Source: Candidatus Bathyarchaeota archaeon
GTDB taxonomy: Archaea; Thermoproteota; Bathyarchaeia; 40CM-2-53-6
Assembly (NCBI GenBank): GCA_005882895.1
Contig: VBBD01000007.1
Coordinates: 1-62,479, forward strand
Length of the DNA: 62,479 nucleotides
Direction of reading: 5' to 3'
Shown here: positions 47,076 through 57,296 of the stretch, in pieces
Layout of the letters: each line of letters begins with the position of its first letter
Position numbering within the stretch: position 1 is the first letter of the stretch
Position numbers and translations under genes: made by a program
Notes under the pieces: model-generated
What the model was told of the DNA's origin: nothing
Database searches by the model: none
The model's input: the letters and a program-made list of their open reading frames with translations, nothing else

Positions 47076-48218
47076 CTGATCGACTCCGTCCTCATTGCCT
47101 GGATTCTCATAGGCCTCGTCCATATCGGGATTCCTCTCGCATACTTCGGCGTAATGGGGAGATTGGCCTCTTCGAGAGGTTATGGCCTTAACCTCTCCAA
47201 GGAATGGGAGCCAACTGTCAGCATCATCGTCCCAACATACAACGAGAGTCCTGTGGTTGAGAAGAAGCTCCGCAACCTCGCCGAGATCGATTATCCAAGG
47301 GAAAAGGTCGAGCTTATCGTGGTTGACAGCGCTTCGTCTGACGGGACCGCTCAGCAAGCCCGGAAGGCCTTCGAGGAAATGGGCTTCAACGGAGTTGTGT
47401 TGGAGGAAACAGAGCGGAAAGGTAAGGCGTCGGGTCTCAACACAGGTTTGAAGCGCGCTTCAGGAGAGCTCGTCTGTATCAGTGACGCTGAGTGCTTGTG
47501 GAACCAGGAGACTCTGCGAAACGCCGTAAAGTATCTCTCGGATCCTTCAGTCGGCTCTGTCTCGGGAGTTCACGCTAGCCAAGCGCTGGGGTCTAGTCTG
47601 CCGGTCAGCATGGAGAATTCCTACAGGTCGATCTATCGCGCGGTGAGAATTGGCGAGTCCAAAGTTCACAGCACTCCCGTCGCTGAGGGGGAGATTCAGC
47701 TCTTTCGTCGGGCGGATATGCCGAGTTTTAACACTCGGATCGGAGGGGATGACACGGATGCTGCCTTGGCAATGGTGGAGAAAGGGCTTCGCGCGATCAG
47801 CGCTGAGGACGTGGTTTTCTTCGAGCCTACCCCCAGCGTTTGGGGCGCTCGGTTCAGGCAGAAGATACGGCGAGGCCAGCACGTGATCCAGGCATTTCTT
47901 GGTCATCGACGCCTGTTCACCGGAAGGTCGACTCCCGCGGGAATCATCTTTCCGATGGAGTTTTTCCTGTACGCTGTCAACCCGGTTCTCTTTGTCCCAT
48001 TTGCGGCGTTGACGATCTGGGTAGTCGCGATCTTTCCACTGGTTCTCTACATGGCATTAGCTGGGCTAGCTGTGATAATCTTGGTTCCTAGTCTCAGGCG
48101 GATGGGAGCGACGTACCTAACTAACAACGTGATCATGCTGGCCGCCCTGTATCAGGAGGCGCGGGGGAACAAACAGCTGACATGGGAAAAGATCGAAGAA
48201 AACCGGCTGGGTCAATGA
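47076..48218 (+). CDS. Glycosyltransferase family 2 (CESA/IcaA-like); start extended to CTG 47076
   Basis: N-terminal TM upstream of ATG 47154; SIIVPTYNE, VVDSASSDGT, SDAE, GDD, QKIRR, C-terminal TMs. Confidence 0.88.
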   Translation: MIDSVLIAWILIGLVHIGIPLAYFGVMGRLASSRGYGLNLSKEWEPTVSIIVPTYNESPVVEKKLRNLAEIDYPREKVELIVVDSASSDGTAQQARKAFEEMGFNGVVLEETERKGKASGLNTGLKRASGELVCISDAECLWNQETLRNAVKYLSDPSVGSVSGVHASQALGSSLPVSMENSYRSIYRAVRIGESKVHSTPVAEGEIQLFRRADMPSFNTRIGGDDTDAALAMVEKGLRAISAEDVVFFEPTPSVWGARFRQKIRRGQHVIQAFLGHRRLFTGRSTPAGIIFPMEFFLYAVNPVLFVPFAALTIWVVAIFPLVLYMALAGLAVIILVPSLRRMGATYLTNNVIMLAALYQEARGNKQLTWEKIEENRLGQ

Positions 48219-48412
48219 ACGACTCAGTTTTGAGGTTGGGCCCGCGCCCCGTATCGGCAAGTGATTTCAAATTCAGGCATATTACCAAATGCACCTTTGG
48301 ATATAGGACTATACATTGGTATTCGGTTAGATTTTTGTTTCCATTCGCATTTCGTTTCAGAGTTTATTACTGCCTCAACTCCTCCATTATGGTTTAGGGT
48401 CCAGAGGGCGTC

Positions 48413-49522
48413 ATGGAGAGCATAACGTATGTGAGTCCCCGATATCCTCCGTATATTGGAGGGGTGGAGACTCATGTCTCAGAGCTCACCACAAGGGCAT
48501 CTGGCCGGTTTCGCAGGGTTTCTGTTGTGACCACAGACCCCTCAGGGGGCCTTCCCTCGACCCAGAGCCTAGGGAATGGTTCGACGATATTCAGAGTGAG
48601 ATCCTTCGCACCGGGGGGAAACTATCATTTTCCAATGTCGGCGAGTTTTGTCAAGATCCTTCGATCTTGTCGTTCGCGTATTCTCCACTTGCATAGCATA
48701 CACGATGTTCCAGGTCCACTAGCGGCAATCCTTGAAAGCAAGAGTGGTAGCTCGATTGTCTTCACTCCTCATTTTCATGGAAAATTCAGTTCTAGCCTTG
48801 GAGAGCTATTCTTCGAAGCATCTCGGCCGGTGTTGGGCATGGTCATGGACCGGGTGGATTGTCTGATCTGCGTGTCGGAGTTCGAAGCGGGAATAATGGG
48901 CGAGGCCTTTCCCAGTGCGGCGCGCAAGATTACCGTGATACCTAACGGTGTGGACTCTAGACTTCTCTCTCGGTATTCATGGTATCCGCCTGCGTCTCCC
49001 AGAATCCTTTTCGTTGGCCGGTTGGAGAAGTACAAGAATGTGGACAAGATCTTGACGGCGTTCGCCGTCTTGAAGGAAAAGCACCCTTCTCTCAAGCTCA
49101 CTGTCGTGGGGAGAGGACCGGTCAAGGAAGAACTCTTGTCCCAAGCGGAGCATCTCAAGCTAGGTTCGAGCGTGGAATGGCTGGAGGGGTTGACGAAACC
49201 GGAGCTATACGAACTCTACCAGTCGAGCACCGTGTTTGTTCTACCATCCTATCTTGAGGCTTATGGGATAGTGGTCGCTGAGGCCGTGGCTGTTGGCACC
49301 CCTGCCATAGTGGCGAACTCCTCCGCCTTATCCGAGTTTGTAACGGCCGGATTGGCTACGGCTGTTGAGCCTCCGGTCGAGATGGAGAAATTGGTCAATG
49401 CAATGTCCCTGGTTCTGGAGGATCCGAAATCATACTCGGCTAGGAAAAGAAGCTCTGACATGATTCTGTCATGGGATGACGTGGCAGCGAAGACCTTCGA
49501 AACGTACCAGTCCCTTCTTTGA
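48413..49522 (+). CDS. Glycosyltransferase family 4
   Basis: YPPYIGGVE, IPNGVD, FVGRLEKYKN, EAYGIVVAEA. Confidence 0.93.
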   Translation: MESITYVSPRYPPYIGGVETHVSELTTRASGRFRRVSVVTTDPSGGLPSTQSLGNGSTIFRVRSFAPGGNYHFPMSASFVKILRSCRSRILHLHSIHDVPGPLAAILESKSGSSIVFTPHFHGKFSSSLGELFFEASRPVLGMVMDRVDCLICVSEFEAGIMGEAFPSAARKITVIPNGVDSRLLSRYSWYPPASPRILFVGRLEKYKNVDKILTAFAVLKEKHPSLKLTVVGRGPVKEELLSQAEHLKLGSSVEWLEGLTKPELYELYQSSTVFVLPSYLEAYGIVVAEAVAVGTPAIVANSSALSEFVTAGLATAVEPPVEMEKLVNAMSLVLEDPKSYSARKRSSDMILSWDDVAAKTFETYQSLL

Positions 49523-50592
49523 GAGAGGTGAATCATTTGCGGATGAATTTTCTCGAATCGATGGGAATAGTGAAAACAGCCAGAAAAGAGGCTGACTCAT
49601 TGATCCTGGCTCGAGTCCTCCTTCGAAAGGAGTCCCTGCCGATCGACTCTGAGAAATTCGTGGAGCTCGCTAAGCTCAACAAGGTACTGCTCAGGACAGC
49701 TTCCCGGCTGAGGGTTCCTGCCCCGGTCGCACGGGCCGCGAAGGACGGAGCAACAGAGGCATGGGAACTATACGACCAAATGAGCCGGGCCTTCGAGGAG
49801 CGAGGAATCCCCTTCGTGCTGATAAAATCCTTCGACTCCCTGCCCGACATAGGCCATGACCTAGATTTTCTGGTTCCCTCTCCTCCTGAGTTCCGCAGAG
49901 CCAAGGATCTACTTGTGACCGAATACAGGGTTCGCCCGCAGGATCTGACACATTGCGACAAACTTGTCGGCAAATTCAGCTGCTACCTGCCGAAATTTGT
50001 GCACGACTTCGAAATCTACCCTACTATCAGCCAGCTCGGAGAAGAATACCTGGCACCGGAAGACGTTCTGAAACACCGCAAGAAAGAAAATGTAAACGGC
50101 CGCGAAGTTTGGCTCACATCTGACGTGGACGGCGTTCTGATAAGAGTTATCCATGCAATGTTTCGTCACAACGCTCTGAAGCTCTCTGACATCATCGATT
50201 TTGCCAATATGACTCGTAGTTGTCCCAGTCACGAGATAATAGACGGAATTGAGAGGACTGGGACCCAGGACGCGTTCCTCTTCTATCTCTCAATCGTGGA
50301 GCGATTCTTAGAAGCGTGCGAGGTCGATTTTCCCCACGTTACGCGTTTGAGAGAAGAAGCAGTAAGGAATTTCGGCGCCGACAGGCTGGGCTTTCTTGGA
50401 AAGGATAGGCTCGTTCTTCCCTACCGCATCCCTCTTCCTGCGCAAGTAATGGTCTTCCTCCTCAAGGCGGCACGGGATACTGCGAGGGGCCGTCTCGGAA
50501 GTGCTGTCAGATGTTGGCTCGCTCCTCCCCTATTGCTTCTGAACTTTGTCAACGCGCTATCGGCGGACCGGCTTCTCAAGAAGGTCTGGTGA
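49519..50592 (+). CDS. Putative nucleotidyltransferase-fold protein
   Basis: FVLIKS...GHDLDFLV (DxD) motif; coupled to the GT4 gene. Confidence 0.6.
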   Translation: MREVNHLRMNFLESMGIVKTARKEADSLILARVLLRKESLPIDSEKFVELAKLNKVLLRTASRLRVPAPVARAAKDGATEAWELYDQMSRAFEERGIPFVLIKSFDSLPDIGHDLDFLVPSPPEFRRAKDLLVTEYRVRPQDLTHCDKLVGKFSCYLPKFVHDFEIYPTISQLGEEYLAPEDVLKHRKKENVNGREVWLTSDVDGVLIRVIHAMFRHNALKLSDIIDFANMTRSCPSHEIIDGIERTGTQDAFLFYLSIVERFLEACEVDFPHVTRLREEAVRNFGADRLGFLGKDRLVLPYRIPLPAQVMVFLLKAARDTARGRLGSAVRCWLAPPLLLLNFVNALSADRLLKKVW

Positions 50593-51231
50593 ATGCGAAC
50601 GGTGCTCGTGACACTGAGTGGGACCCATGGAACCGGAAAGTCCACGAATGCCGGTAAATGCTACTATCTCCTGAACAAGCAAGGTCTAAGGTTCTCCTAT
50701 CTCAGGCATCAAGATCTCTTGGACCCGCTTGGTTTCATACTGAGAAGAGCAGCGAGGATTCTTAGGTTCGAGAGTACCACCGACTTCGAGAGGATAGCGC
50801 CCGTACGCGTCCTTTCATCAGCTTACTATCTATTCATCTATCTGCCATTCCTGGCGGGCGGAATCAGGATTCGTAAGCTCCTCGGATACAGTACTGTGGC
50901 GGACCGGTACCTGTACGATCTTATGGCCGGCTCTTGGGGCAACGGGATGAAGGTGCCGTTGGAAAAGCTGCTCTTACGCATGGTTCCCCGCCCTGACGTT
51001 TCCTTTGTCTTCGATGCTGACGTTAAGAGAATTCTCACCGATCGGCCGGAGCACACTTTCGAGTACATCATCAACGAGAAGGCGCAGTACAGCAAGCTTG
51101 TGGGCGCCTTTGGGCTAAGAAGGGTCAGCACTGACGATCCTCCCGAGACAGTCTGGAACAGCATCCTTCACGACATTAAAGCCGCATTCCCTCAGGGCGA
51201 CCAAGAGAGAAGACCGGGCCTTGGTGCTTGA
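50593..51231 (+). CDS. Thymidylate-kinase-like P-loop protein
   Basis: LSGTHGTGKST, ADRYLYD, PRPD. Confidence 0.8.
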   Translation: MRTVLVTLSGTHGTGKSTNAGKCYYLLNKQGLRFSYLRHQDLLDPLGFILRRAARILRFESTTDFERIAPVRVLSSAYYLFIYLPFLAGGIRIRKLLGYSTVADRYLYDLMAGSWGNGMKVPLEKLLLRMVPRPDVSFVFDADVKRILTDRPEHTFEYIINEKAQYSKLVGAFGLRRVSTDDPPETVWNSILHDIKAAFPQGDQERRPGLGA

Positions 51232-52754
51232 TATTGAAGGCTCTGGTAATAGGCCTGGACGCGGCTTCTCCTCACCTAATTGAGAAGTGGATTGACAAAC
51301 TTCCCAATCTCAAACGTCTCACCCAGCGAGGCGTGCACGGGGTCCTCGAATCAATTGTACCACCGTCAAGTGTGCCGGCCTGGCAATGCTTTGCCACGGG
51401 GAAGAATCCGGCGAAGATAGGGAACCTAGGTTTCATCTACATCGGCAGGGACCTTCAGATCAAACACGGCAGGACAATTCCTGAAATGGGATGCATATGG
51501 GACATTTGTTCTAAGGCTGGGTTTAGGGTAGGAGTCTTCAACGTTCCGGGAACCTATCCCCCTTACCCGGTAAACGGGTTCATGGTATCCGGCTTCCCCA
51601 TTCAACCCGGGAAGGCCTGGACATACCCAGCCGATCTGATGAAGAAGCTCGATTCCGCAGTGGGAGGCTACGAGGCTGACGTGCCACTGGCAAAGCCGTC
51701 AGAGATGAAAGGTGGAGAGAGAGCCTACCTGTCAGAGGTCGAGCGGCTTCACTCAAAAAGTGTCGAATCCGCTAGACTGCTCCTCGAATGGTTCCGGCCC
51801 GACCTGTTCGTCATGACTCTCCAAGGCCTGGACATGGTCCAACACGACTTTTGGCATTTCATGGAAGATCCAGCGTCGCAGTACGCCAGCGTCGTACAGG
51901 ACTGGTACGTGAAGATGGATGAGGCGATTGGGAAACTGACCCAGAGTGCAAAAGAAGATACATACGTCCTGATCATGTCGGACCACGGCTCCGTTCCGGT
52001 CGCTGGTTCTCTCTACATCAACGAGTTCCTGAGGTCCCAAGGCCTACTAGCTTGCAACGTCAATGGAGGCGAGCGAGCTGGGGAAAAAGGATCCTCTCGG
52101 AAGATCCGAGAGTTCGCCATAAGACATGTGCCCCCACGGATCATTAGAACCATCTACAGTCTCTCTCCGAGTTTCATAGCAAGCAAGCTAACAGTGTCCG
52201 CTGAGATGGAAAGAGTCCTACGGGATCTGGTCCAGAGCATTGATTGGACGCGGACCCTAGCTTTCTCAACTGGCGGACATGGAGCGGCGATCTATGTGAA
52301 CTCCCAACCTGAAAGGCCTAAGGAATTGTCAACAACCACTGCTCGGTCGGAAATCGTTCGCAAGATCTGCGACCTCTTGAGCGACCTGACCGATCCCGTT
52401 TCAGGAGAGAAAGTTCAGCCCGTCTTCCATCTCGGCGAGAAAGTTTTCCGGGGGCCGTATAAAAGCGAGGCACCAGATCTTTGTGTGGAACTTTTCGAGG
52501 AGGACAAGAAGGTTCAGGTCAACCCGCGACTGGGGTCGCGGAAGATATGGAGCTCGAGCTCGCATTTCGCGGCCACGCACGTGAGGGACGGGTTTTGGGC
52601 TCTGACCGGCCCACAAGTTAGACCAGGGATTACTCAAGATGCGGGGATTCTCGACTTGGCACCAACCCTGCTCAATCTCCTAGGCTTGCGGGTTGAGGAG
52701 GATTTTGACGGACAGATCCTTGACTCAGTATTTTCTAAGACCGGATCACGATAG
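51228..52754 (+). CDS. Alkaline phosphatase superfamily phosphodiesterase/nucleotide pyrophosphatase
   Basis: IGLDAAS, PPSSVPAW, TGKNP, DMVQH, MSDHG, DLAPTLL. Confidence 0.88.
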   Translation: MILKALVIGLDAASPHLIEKWIDKLPNLKRLTQRGVHGVLESIVPPSSVPAWQCFATGKNPAKIGNLGFIYIGRDLQIKHGRTIPEMGCIWDICSKAGFRVGVFNVPGTYPPYPVNGFMVSGFPIQPGKAWTYPADLMKKLDSAVGGYEADVPLAKPSEMKGGERAYLSEVERLHSKSVESARLLLEWFRPDLFVMTLQGLDMVQHDFWHFMEDPASQYASVVQDWYVKMDEAIGKLTQSAKEDTYVLIMSDHGSVPVAGSLYINEFLRSQGLLACNVNGGERAGEKGSSRKIREFAIRHVPPRIIRTIYSLSPSFIASKLTVSAEMERVLRDLVQSIDWTRTLAFSTGGHGAAIYVNSQPERPKELSTTTARSEIVRKICDLLSDLTDPVSGEKVQPVFHLGEKVFRGPYKSEAPDLCVELFEEDKKVQVNPRLGSRKIWSSSSHFAATHVRDGFWALTGPQVRPGITQDAGILDLAPTLLNLLGLRVEEDFDGQILDSVFSKTGSR

Positions 52755-52777
52755 CTTGTTCTCTCTGGTTTGGTTCG

Positions 52778-53434
52778 ATGCGTAGACGAGGCCGCCTCAT
52801 ATCTTTCTCGGGCATAGACGGTAGTGGGAAGACGACACAGGTCAAGTTGCTGGAGAATCGGCTCAGGGAGAATGGGGTTGAAACTGTGAAGATTTGGTCA
52901 AGGTGGCGGCCGCTCCTCTCGCTTCCCCTCTTGCAAGTTCTTCGTCGAACCGGCCAGGTGCGAGTTCACAAAGCGGATTTCCTTTCTATTGTAGAGTTCC
53001 ACAACCCCAAGAACGAGGCACTCGCGTCTCTCTGGTGCTTTGCGACGCAGTTAGAAAATCTCCTGAAAACGATCCTGAAGGTATTCTTTCCCATGGCGCT
53101 AGGACGAACTGTCGTTTGTGACCGATATTCGCTTGACTTGTTGGTTGATGGTATGTCCGATCTTCATGATCCGCCGACGAAAATGAGGCTCGGTTTCAAG
53201 CTGCTCAAGCTTCTACCAAGGCCCGAGGAGGCTTTTCTGATAGACGTCGATGCGGGATCGGCTTACGGGCGAAAGCCTGACCTGCCGAGCGTTTCCCATA
53301 ACGTGCAGAGGATCCACCTCTACCTCAGCATGTGCGAGCAATCTGGCGTGAAAGTAATGGATGGCAGAAGGCCGGCGGAGACAATTCATCAGGATGTCTG
53401 GAATCTCGTATCCTCGATGGTAACATCTCGGTGA
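52778..53434 (+). CDS. Thymidylate-kinase-like P-loop protein (second paralog)
   Basis: FSGIDGSGKTT, CDRYSLD, PRPE. Confidence 0.82.
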   Translation: MRRRGRLISFSGIDGSGKTTQVKLLENRLRENGVETVKIWSRWRPLLSLPLLQVLRRTGQVRVHKADFLSIVEFHNPKNEALASLWCFATQLENLLKTILKVFFPMALGRTVVCDRYSLDLLVDGMSDLHDPPTKMRLGFKLLKLLPRPEEAFLIDVDAGSAYGRKPDLPSVSHNVQRIHLYLSMCEQSGVKVMDGRRPAETIHQDVWNLVSSMVTSR

Positions 53435-53444
53435 GCGATGAAGT

Positions 53445-54572
53445 TTGGAAGTATGTTTCGTCGGGGACGATGCGCATCCACCTTGGAATCATGCGAGCTC
53501 TGCATTGACAAAGCGGATGATAGAGTGTCTCTCGCCAGAGGTGACTTGTACGCTGGTTACCACCTCCGAGGAAGATGTCCGGCATTTCAAGACAGGTTGG
53601 AGTACGGTCACGACGAAGCCTTCTGGAAGGCGGGCTTTGGACGCGGCGAAGCTTGGACTGCTCGCTACTCAATGCTCCGCTGACATCATCCACGTCGTAG
53701 GAACTAACGCGTTAGTCTTCTCACCAGTCTGCAAATTGCTCGGAACCAGCGGTGCAATCGTACGACACATCTTCACCCCCTACGATAGGAAGGATGGAAT
53801 GGTCCGTCCACTAAGGTGGCTGGTCAACAAGCTCTTCGTAGGCGCGTACGCATTTACCACTCCATGGATAGGCCGATGGGATAGAGATCTTGGCTCGGGA
53901 ATACGAAAATTGCTCGTAAGGCCTCCCATTGACTGCGAACTCTATCGACCATATGACGTGGAAAATGACCATTCGGCAAATGGTGGTTCGCATGAATACA
54001 GCCTTCTCTACATGGGCCCGCTCTGGCCCTCTCGGTTTCCAGCCGAGAACGTTCTAGGAGCGCTTAGGCTCTTGCTTGGTAAGGGATTTGATATCGGACT
54101 GAACGTCCTCACCAGCGCTAGAAGTTCTGTAAGTCTGTGCGAAAATGTGTTGGCTCTTGCGAAGCGCCTCAGCGTGGACCGAAACATGGCGTTGGAAAGG
54201 AAGGATCTTTCGGAGATCGACAGGGTCCGGGCGTACAATGCGGCTGACGCGATAATTTTCCCATACGTAGGTCCCGAACCAGAGCAGCTTGCCGATCCGC
54301 CCTTTGGAATCCTGGAGTCGATGGCGTGCGGGAGAGTCGTTATCTCGACGCGAGTACTAAGCGTCCCCGAAGTTGTGAGCGATGGAAATACTGGTTTCCT
54401 AATCGAGTCCGCCTCATCAAACGACATTTGCAGCGGTGTCGTATACGCACTGACCGCTCCGGACAGGAAGGAAGTTGGAATCGGTGCACGGGAGAAGATC
54501 GTTGGACAGTTCAGCTATCCCGCGGTTCGTCGAAGTCTGCTCGAGGCATACGAGTCCCTCCTGGTGCGTTGA
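53445..54572 (+). CDS. Glycosyltransferase family 4
   Basis: DPPFGILESMACG, VPEVVSDGNTGFL. Confidence 0.85.
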   Translation: MEVCFVGDDAHPPWNHASSALTKRMIECLSPEVTCTLVTTSEEDVRHFKTGWSTVTTKPSGRRALDAAKLGLLATQCSADIIHVVGTNALVFSPVCKLLGTSGAIVRHIFTPYDRKDGMVRPLRWLVNKLFVGAYAFTTPWIGRWDRDLGSGIRKLLVRPPIDCELYRPYDVENDHSANGGSHEYSLLYMGPLWPSRFPAENVLGALRLLLGKGFDIGLNVLTSARSSVSLCENVLALAKRLSVDRNMALERKDLSEIDRVRAYNAADAIIFPYVGPEPEQLADPPFGILESMACGRVVISTRVLSVPEVVSDGNTGFLIESASSNDICSGVVYALTAPDRKEVGIGAREKIVGQFSYPAVRRSLLEAYESLLVR

Positions 54573-54859
54573 GCCAGTTGGCATTCTGACCGGCTATTCC
54601 AATGGGAGGTCTAGAACACCCGAGCTCACAAATCTACTGACGTGAATATCCGTCCGTGTCCTCGATTCGACATGCATTTCACGTCAACTATTTCCTAATG
54701 GTATTCCATTAGATTGAAATTTATTGAGAAGCGTTTATACGCTTCACCGATCGAGGTGCTACTTTAGCAGGGTGAGAATATCCACTTCGAACAGCGACCT
54801 TGTTTGGTAGTCGTTGCCAAAGAAGTGTTTTTCGGCCTCGCTGCCATGTGGCGGTCTCG

Positions 54860-56005
54860 ATGAGAGGGAAATCTTCCTTATTACTGGCGATTCTCCTTTT
54901 CTCATTCTTCTGGATTCCAGTACGTAACAATGTGGTGTTGGCAGCCGGCCCAACCTTCCAATTTGCGGCCGCGGGGGATCATAATCAGAGTCTAACCACA
55001 AACTCTAGCCTTAAGCGCCTCGCTGACTCCGGAGTAAATTTCTATCTGGCCCTCGGGGACCTAAGCTACACGACTGTCGGCGAGGAGAGCGATTGGTGCA
55101 ACATAGTAAAGTCGTACGTGGGTCCAAACTTTCCATTCGAACTCGTGTCAGGGTTCCATGACGACGGGCTGGAATCACCGCCTAGTAACGGTGGTCTAAT
55201 CGACAGCTATGCGAACTGCCTCCCCGACAAATTGGGGTCTACGGGCATATACGGAAAAGAATACTACTTCGAGTATCCTCAATCCAGTCCTCTGGCACGA
55301 ATCATAATGGTATCACCAGATCTCAACTTCACCAACGGCGGATTCTATTCGTACAGCAAGGGGTCTTCACACTACTTATGGCTGGCAAGCGCGATAGACG
55401 GGGCAAGGGCCTCTGGGATCACCTGGGTCATAGTGGCGATGCACAAGCCCTGCATTTCGGCGGGACTATACCCTTCATGCATAGTGGGGCGAGACCTGAT
55501 GAACCTTTTGTTTCAGAAAAAGGTTGATTTGGTATTACAGGCTCACGACCATAACTATCAACGCAGCAAGCAACTGACATGTGCCCTCGTTGAAAAGTTC
55601 TCAAGTTCTTGTGTGGCGAATGACGGCTCGTCAGGAATCTATTCGAAAGGCCGAGGAACAGTATTCGTAATAGCGGGAACATTTGGACAGGTATTTTATC
55701 CCATTAATTTTACCGACCCTAACGCCGCCTATTTTGCAAGCCTCGCGAGTAACAACACTAGTGGGATGGGACATGGATTTGTTCAGATCTCCGTTACAGC
55801 TAGCGAGATCAGGGCTCAGACGGATTTCTCAGGCAGCTTCTCCGACTCTTTCAGCATAGTCAAACCCGGAGTCTTGCAATCAATCACCTTCTTTGTAGAG
55901 GACAATCTCATCTTGGTTTGGCTTTCTATGGTCCCTATCTTGGCAGGGATAACGGTAATCTCGTTTAGACGCTGGAGAAGATGGCCCCTAATCGCGAAAA
56001 ACTGA
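54860..56005 (+). CDS. Secreted, membrane-anchored metallophosphoesterase (purple acid phosphatase-like)
   Basis: Signal peptide; AAGDH, LGDLSY, GFHD, MHKP, AHDHNYQR; C-terminal TM. Confidence 0.82.
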   Translation: MRGKSSLLLAILLFSFFWIPVRNNVVLAAGPTFQFAAAGDHNQSLTTNSSLKRLADSGVNFYLALGDLSYTTVGEESDWCNIVKSYVGPNFPFELVSGFHDDGLESPPSNGGLIDSYANCLPDKLGSTGIYGKEYYFEYPQSSPLARIIMVSPDLNFTNGGFYSYSKGSSHYLWLASAIDGARASGITWVIVAMHKPCISAGLYPSCIVGRDLMNLLFQKKVDLVLQAHDHNYQRSKQLTCALVEKFSSSCVANDGSSGIYSKGRGTVFVIAGTFGQVFYPINFTDPNAAYFASLASNNTSGMGHGFVQISVTASEIRAQTDFSGSFSDSFSIVKPGVLQSITFFVEDNLILVWLSMVPILAGITVISFRRWRRWPLIAKN

Positions 56006-56114
56006 ACAGTTGATGCGTCTAAGCATTTTTGCTCCAGCATAGCCGCGGAACTTCTCTGCCGGATAGGTTTTTTTTGTGGGACTCGGCTTACTTTTTGCCA
56101 GCCCCGGCACTGGC

Positions 56115-57296
56115 CTAGCGATAGTGTCTCCTGACCAGTATTACCGCGGTGACAGTCAAGGTTAGTCCGACGGCGAGTCCTATGAGGAGCGGCGAGGATG
56201 AGGAGAGGTTGCTGAGCAGGCACTGGAGGCAGAACCCGCTTGGAGCGGATGGTGGAGTGACGATAGCTGTTAAGAATTCTGACATTGTGGTTGAACCGCA
56301 GTCGTTTCCTGAGACTAGGCAACTTAGCGACCAGTTGGATTCGATCGTGGCAAGCCAGTTCAGATGGGTAAACTTGGTCGACGAAGAGTAGTGGAGTTTT
56401 GCTCCGGGACCGGCGACTACGAAGTAGACTGGAGTTGTTCCATATGTGCCCGTAGTGGGCTCGTCCAATGTAATCATAACGGTTGCAGACAGGTCGGTCT
56501 CAAATGTTTTCGTAGTAAGTATCGCCGGGACAACAACTGATAGCCAGCTGTCCGCCTGTTGCATGTTACAGTCGTGGCTATCATCGATTACGTTGGGGGT
56601 TACCCATGAGAAGTGAGGAGCAGTACCATTAAGGTCACTCACCAAGCTGCTGATGACAGAGGTCGTTACAGATGTTCCGCACGAGGTTGCGCCTCCGCTG
56701 AGTCCTGAGGGGACTACTAACGAACATCTTGTTGAGTTGTTCACGATGTTACCGAAGTAGACAAACGGATTATGATGCGCGACATAGTCTGTTCCGCCAT
56801 CAGAACCGCCATTACCGTTGCAGATGTCAGCGGCGGGCATTCCTTCCATGTAGCCTTTCCAAGATACTCCGGCTTTGGAAAATCTGTCAATTACATTACA
56901 AGGGCTTGAACAGGTCCAAGGAGCGGTAACACAACCACCGGAGTTTGGGGGTGGGTCAGATGTACATCCCCAGGTCTGCGCCGAGACTAAGCCGAGATAA
57001 TTGGGTAAGCTTGGATTCCACGTAGAGGAGACCGGGCCCACATAATTGGTACTATTGGCGTACAAATTGCCCAGGGACATCATATAGGGAGCGCAGCCGC
57101 TGCAAGTTACAGATGATAGAGGATGATTCTCTAATATTATGAAAACGATGTGGTTGGAGTAAGAAGGGCTGGGTGATGCGAAGGCCTGGAAGCCCATGGA
57201 ACCTTGGCTGTTGATTGGAGAAATAGTTGTCTGTGCCAGGGTAACCATTCCCAACAGGATGGAACACGTGAAAAAGGTCCGGAGGCTCACTCTCAT
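56115..57296 (-). CDS. Secreted, membrane-anchored phosphoesterase (acid phosphatase/PLC-like family)
   Basis: IVFIILENH, PSLPNYL, HHNPFVYF, DDSHD, ITLDE; Cys-rich; C-terminal TM. Confidence 0.82.
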   Translation of the reverse strand: MRVSLRTFFTCSILLGMVTLAQTTISPINSQGSMGFQAFASPSPSYSNHIVFIILENHPLSSVTCSGCAPYMMSLGNLYANSTNYVGPVSSTWNPSLPNYLGLVSAQTWGCTSDPPPNSGGCVTAPWTCSSPCNVIDRFSKAGVSWKGYMEGMPAADICNGNGGSDGGTDYVAHHNPFVYFGNIVNNSTRCSLVVPSGLSGGATSCGTSVTTSVISSLVSDLNGTAPHFSWVTPNVIDDSHDCNMQQADSWLSVVVPAILTTKTFETDLSATVMITLDEPTTGTYGTTPVYFVVAGPGAKLHYSSSTKFTHLNWLATIESNWSLSCLVSGNDCGSTTMSEFLTAIVTPPSAPSGFCLQCLLSNLSSSSPLLIGLAVGLTLTVTAVILVRRHYR

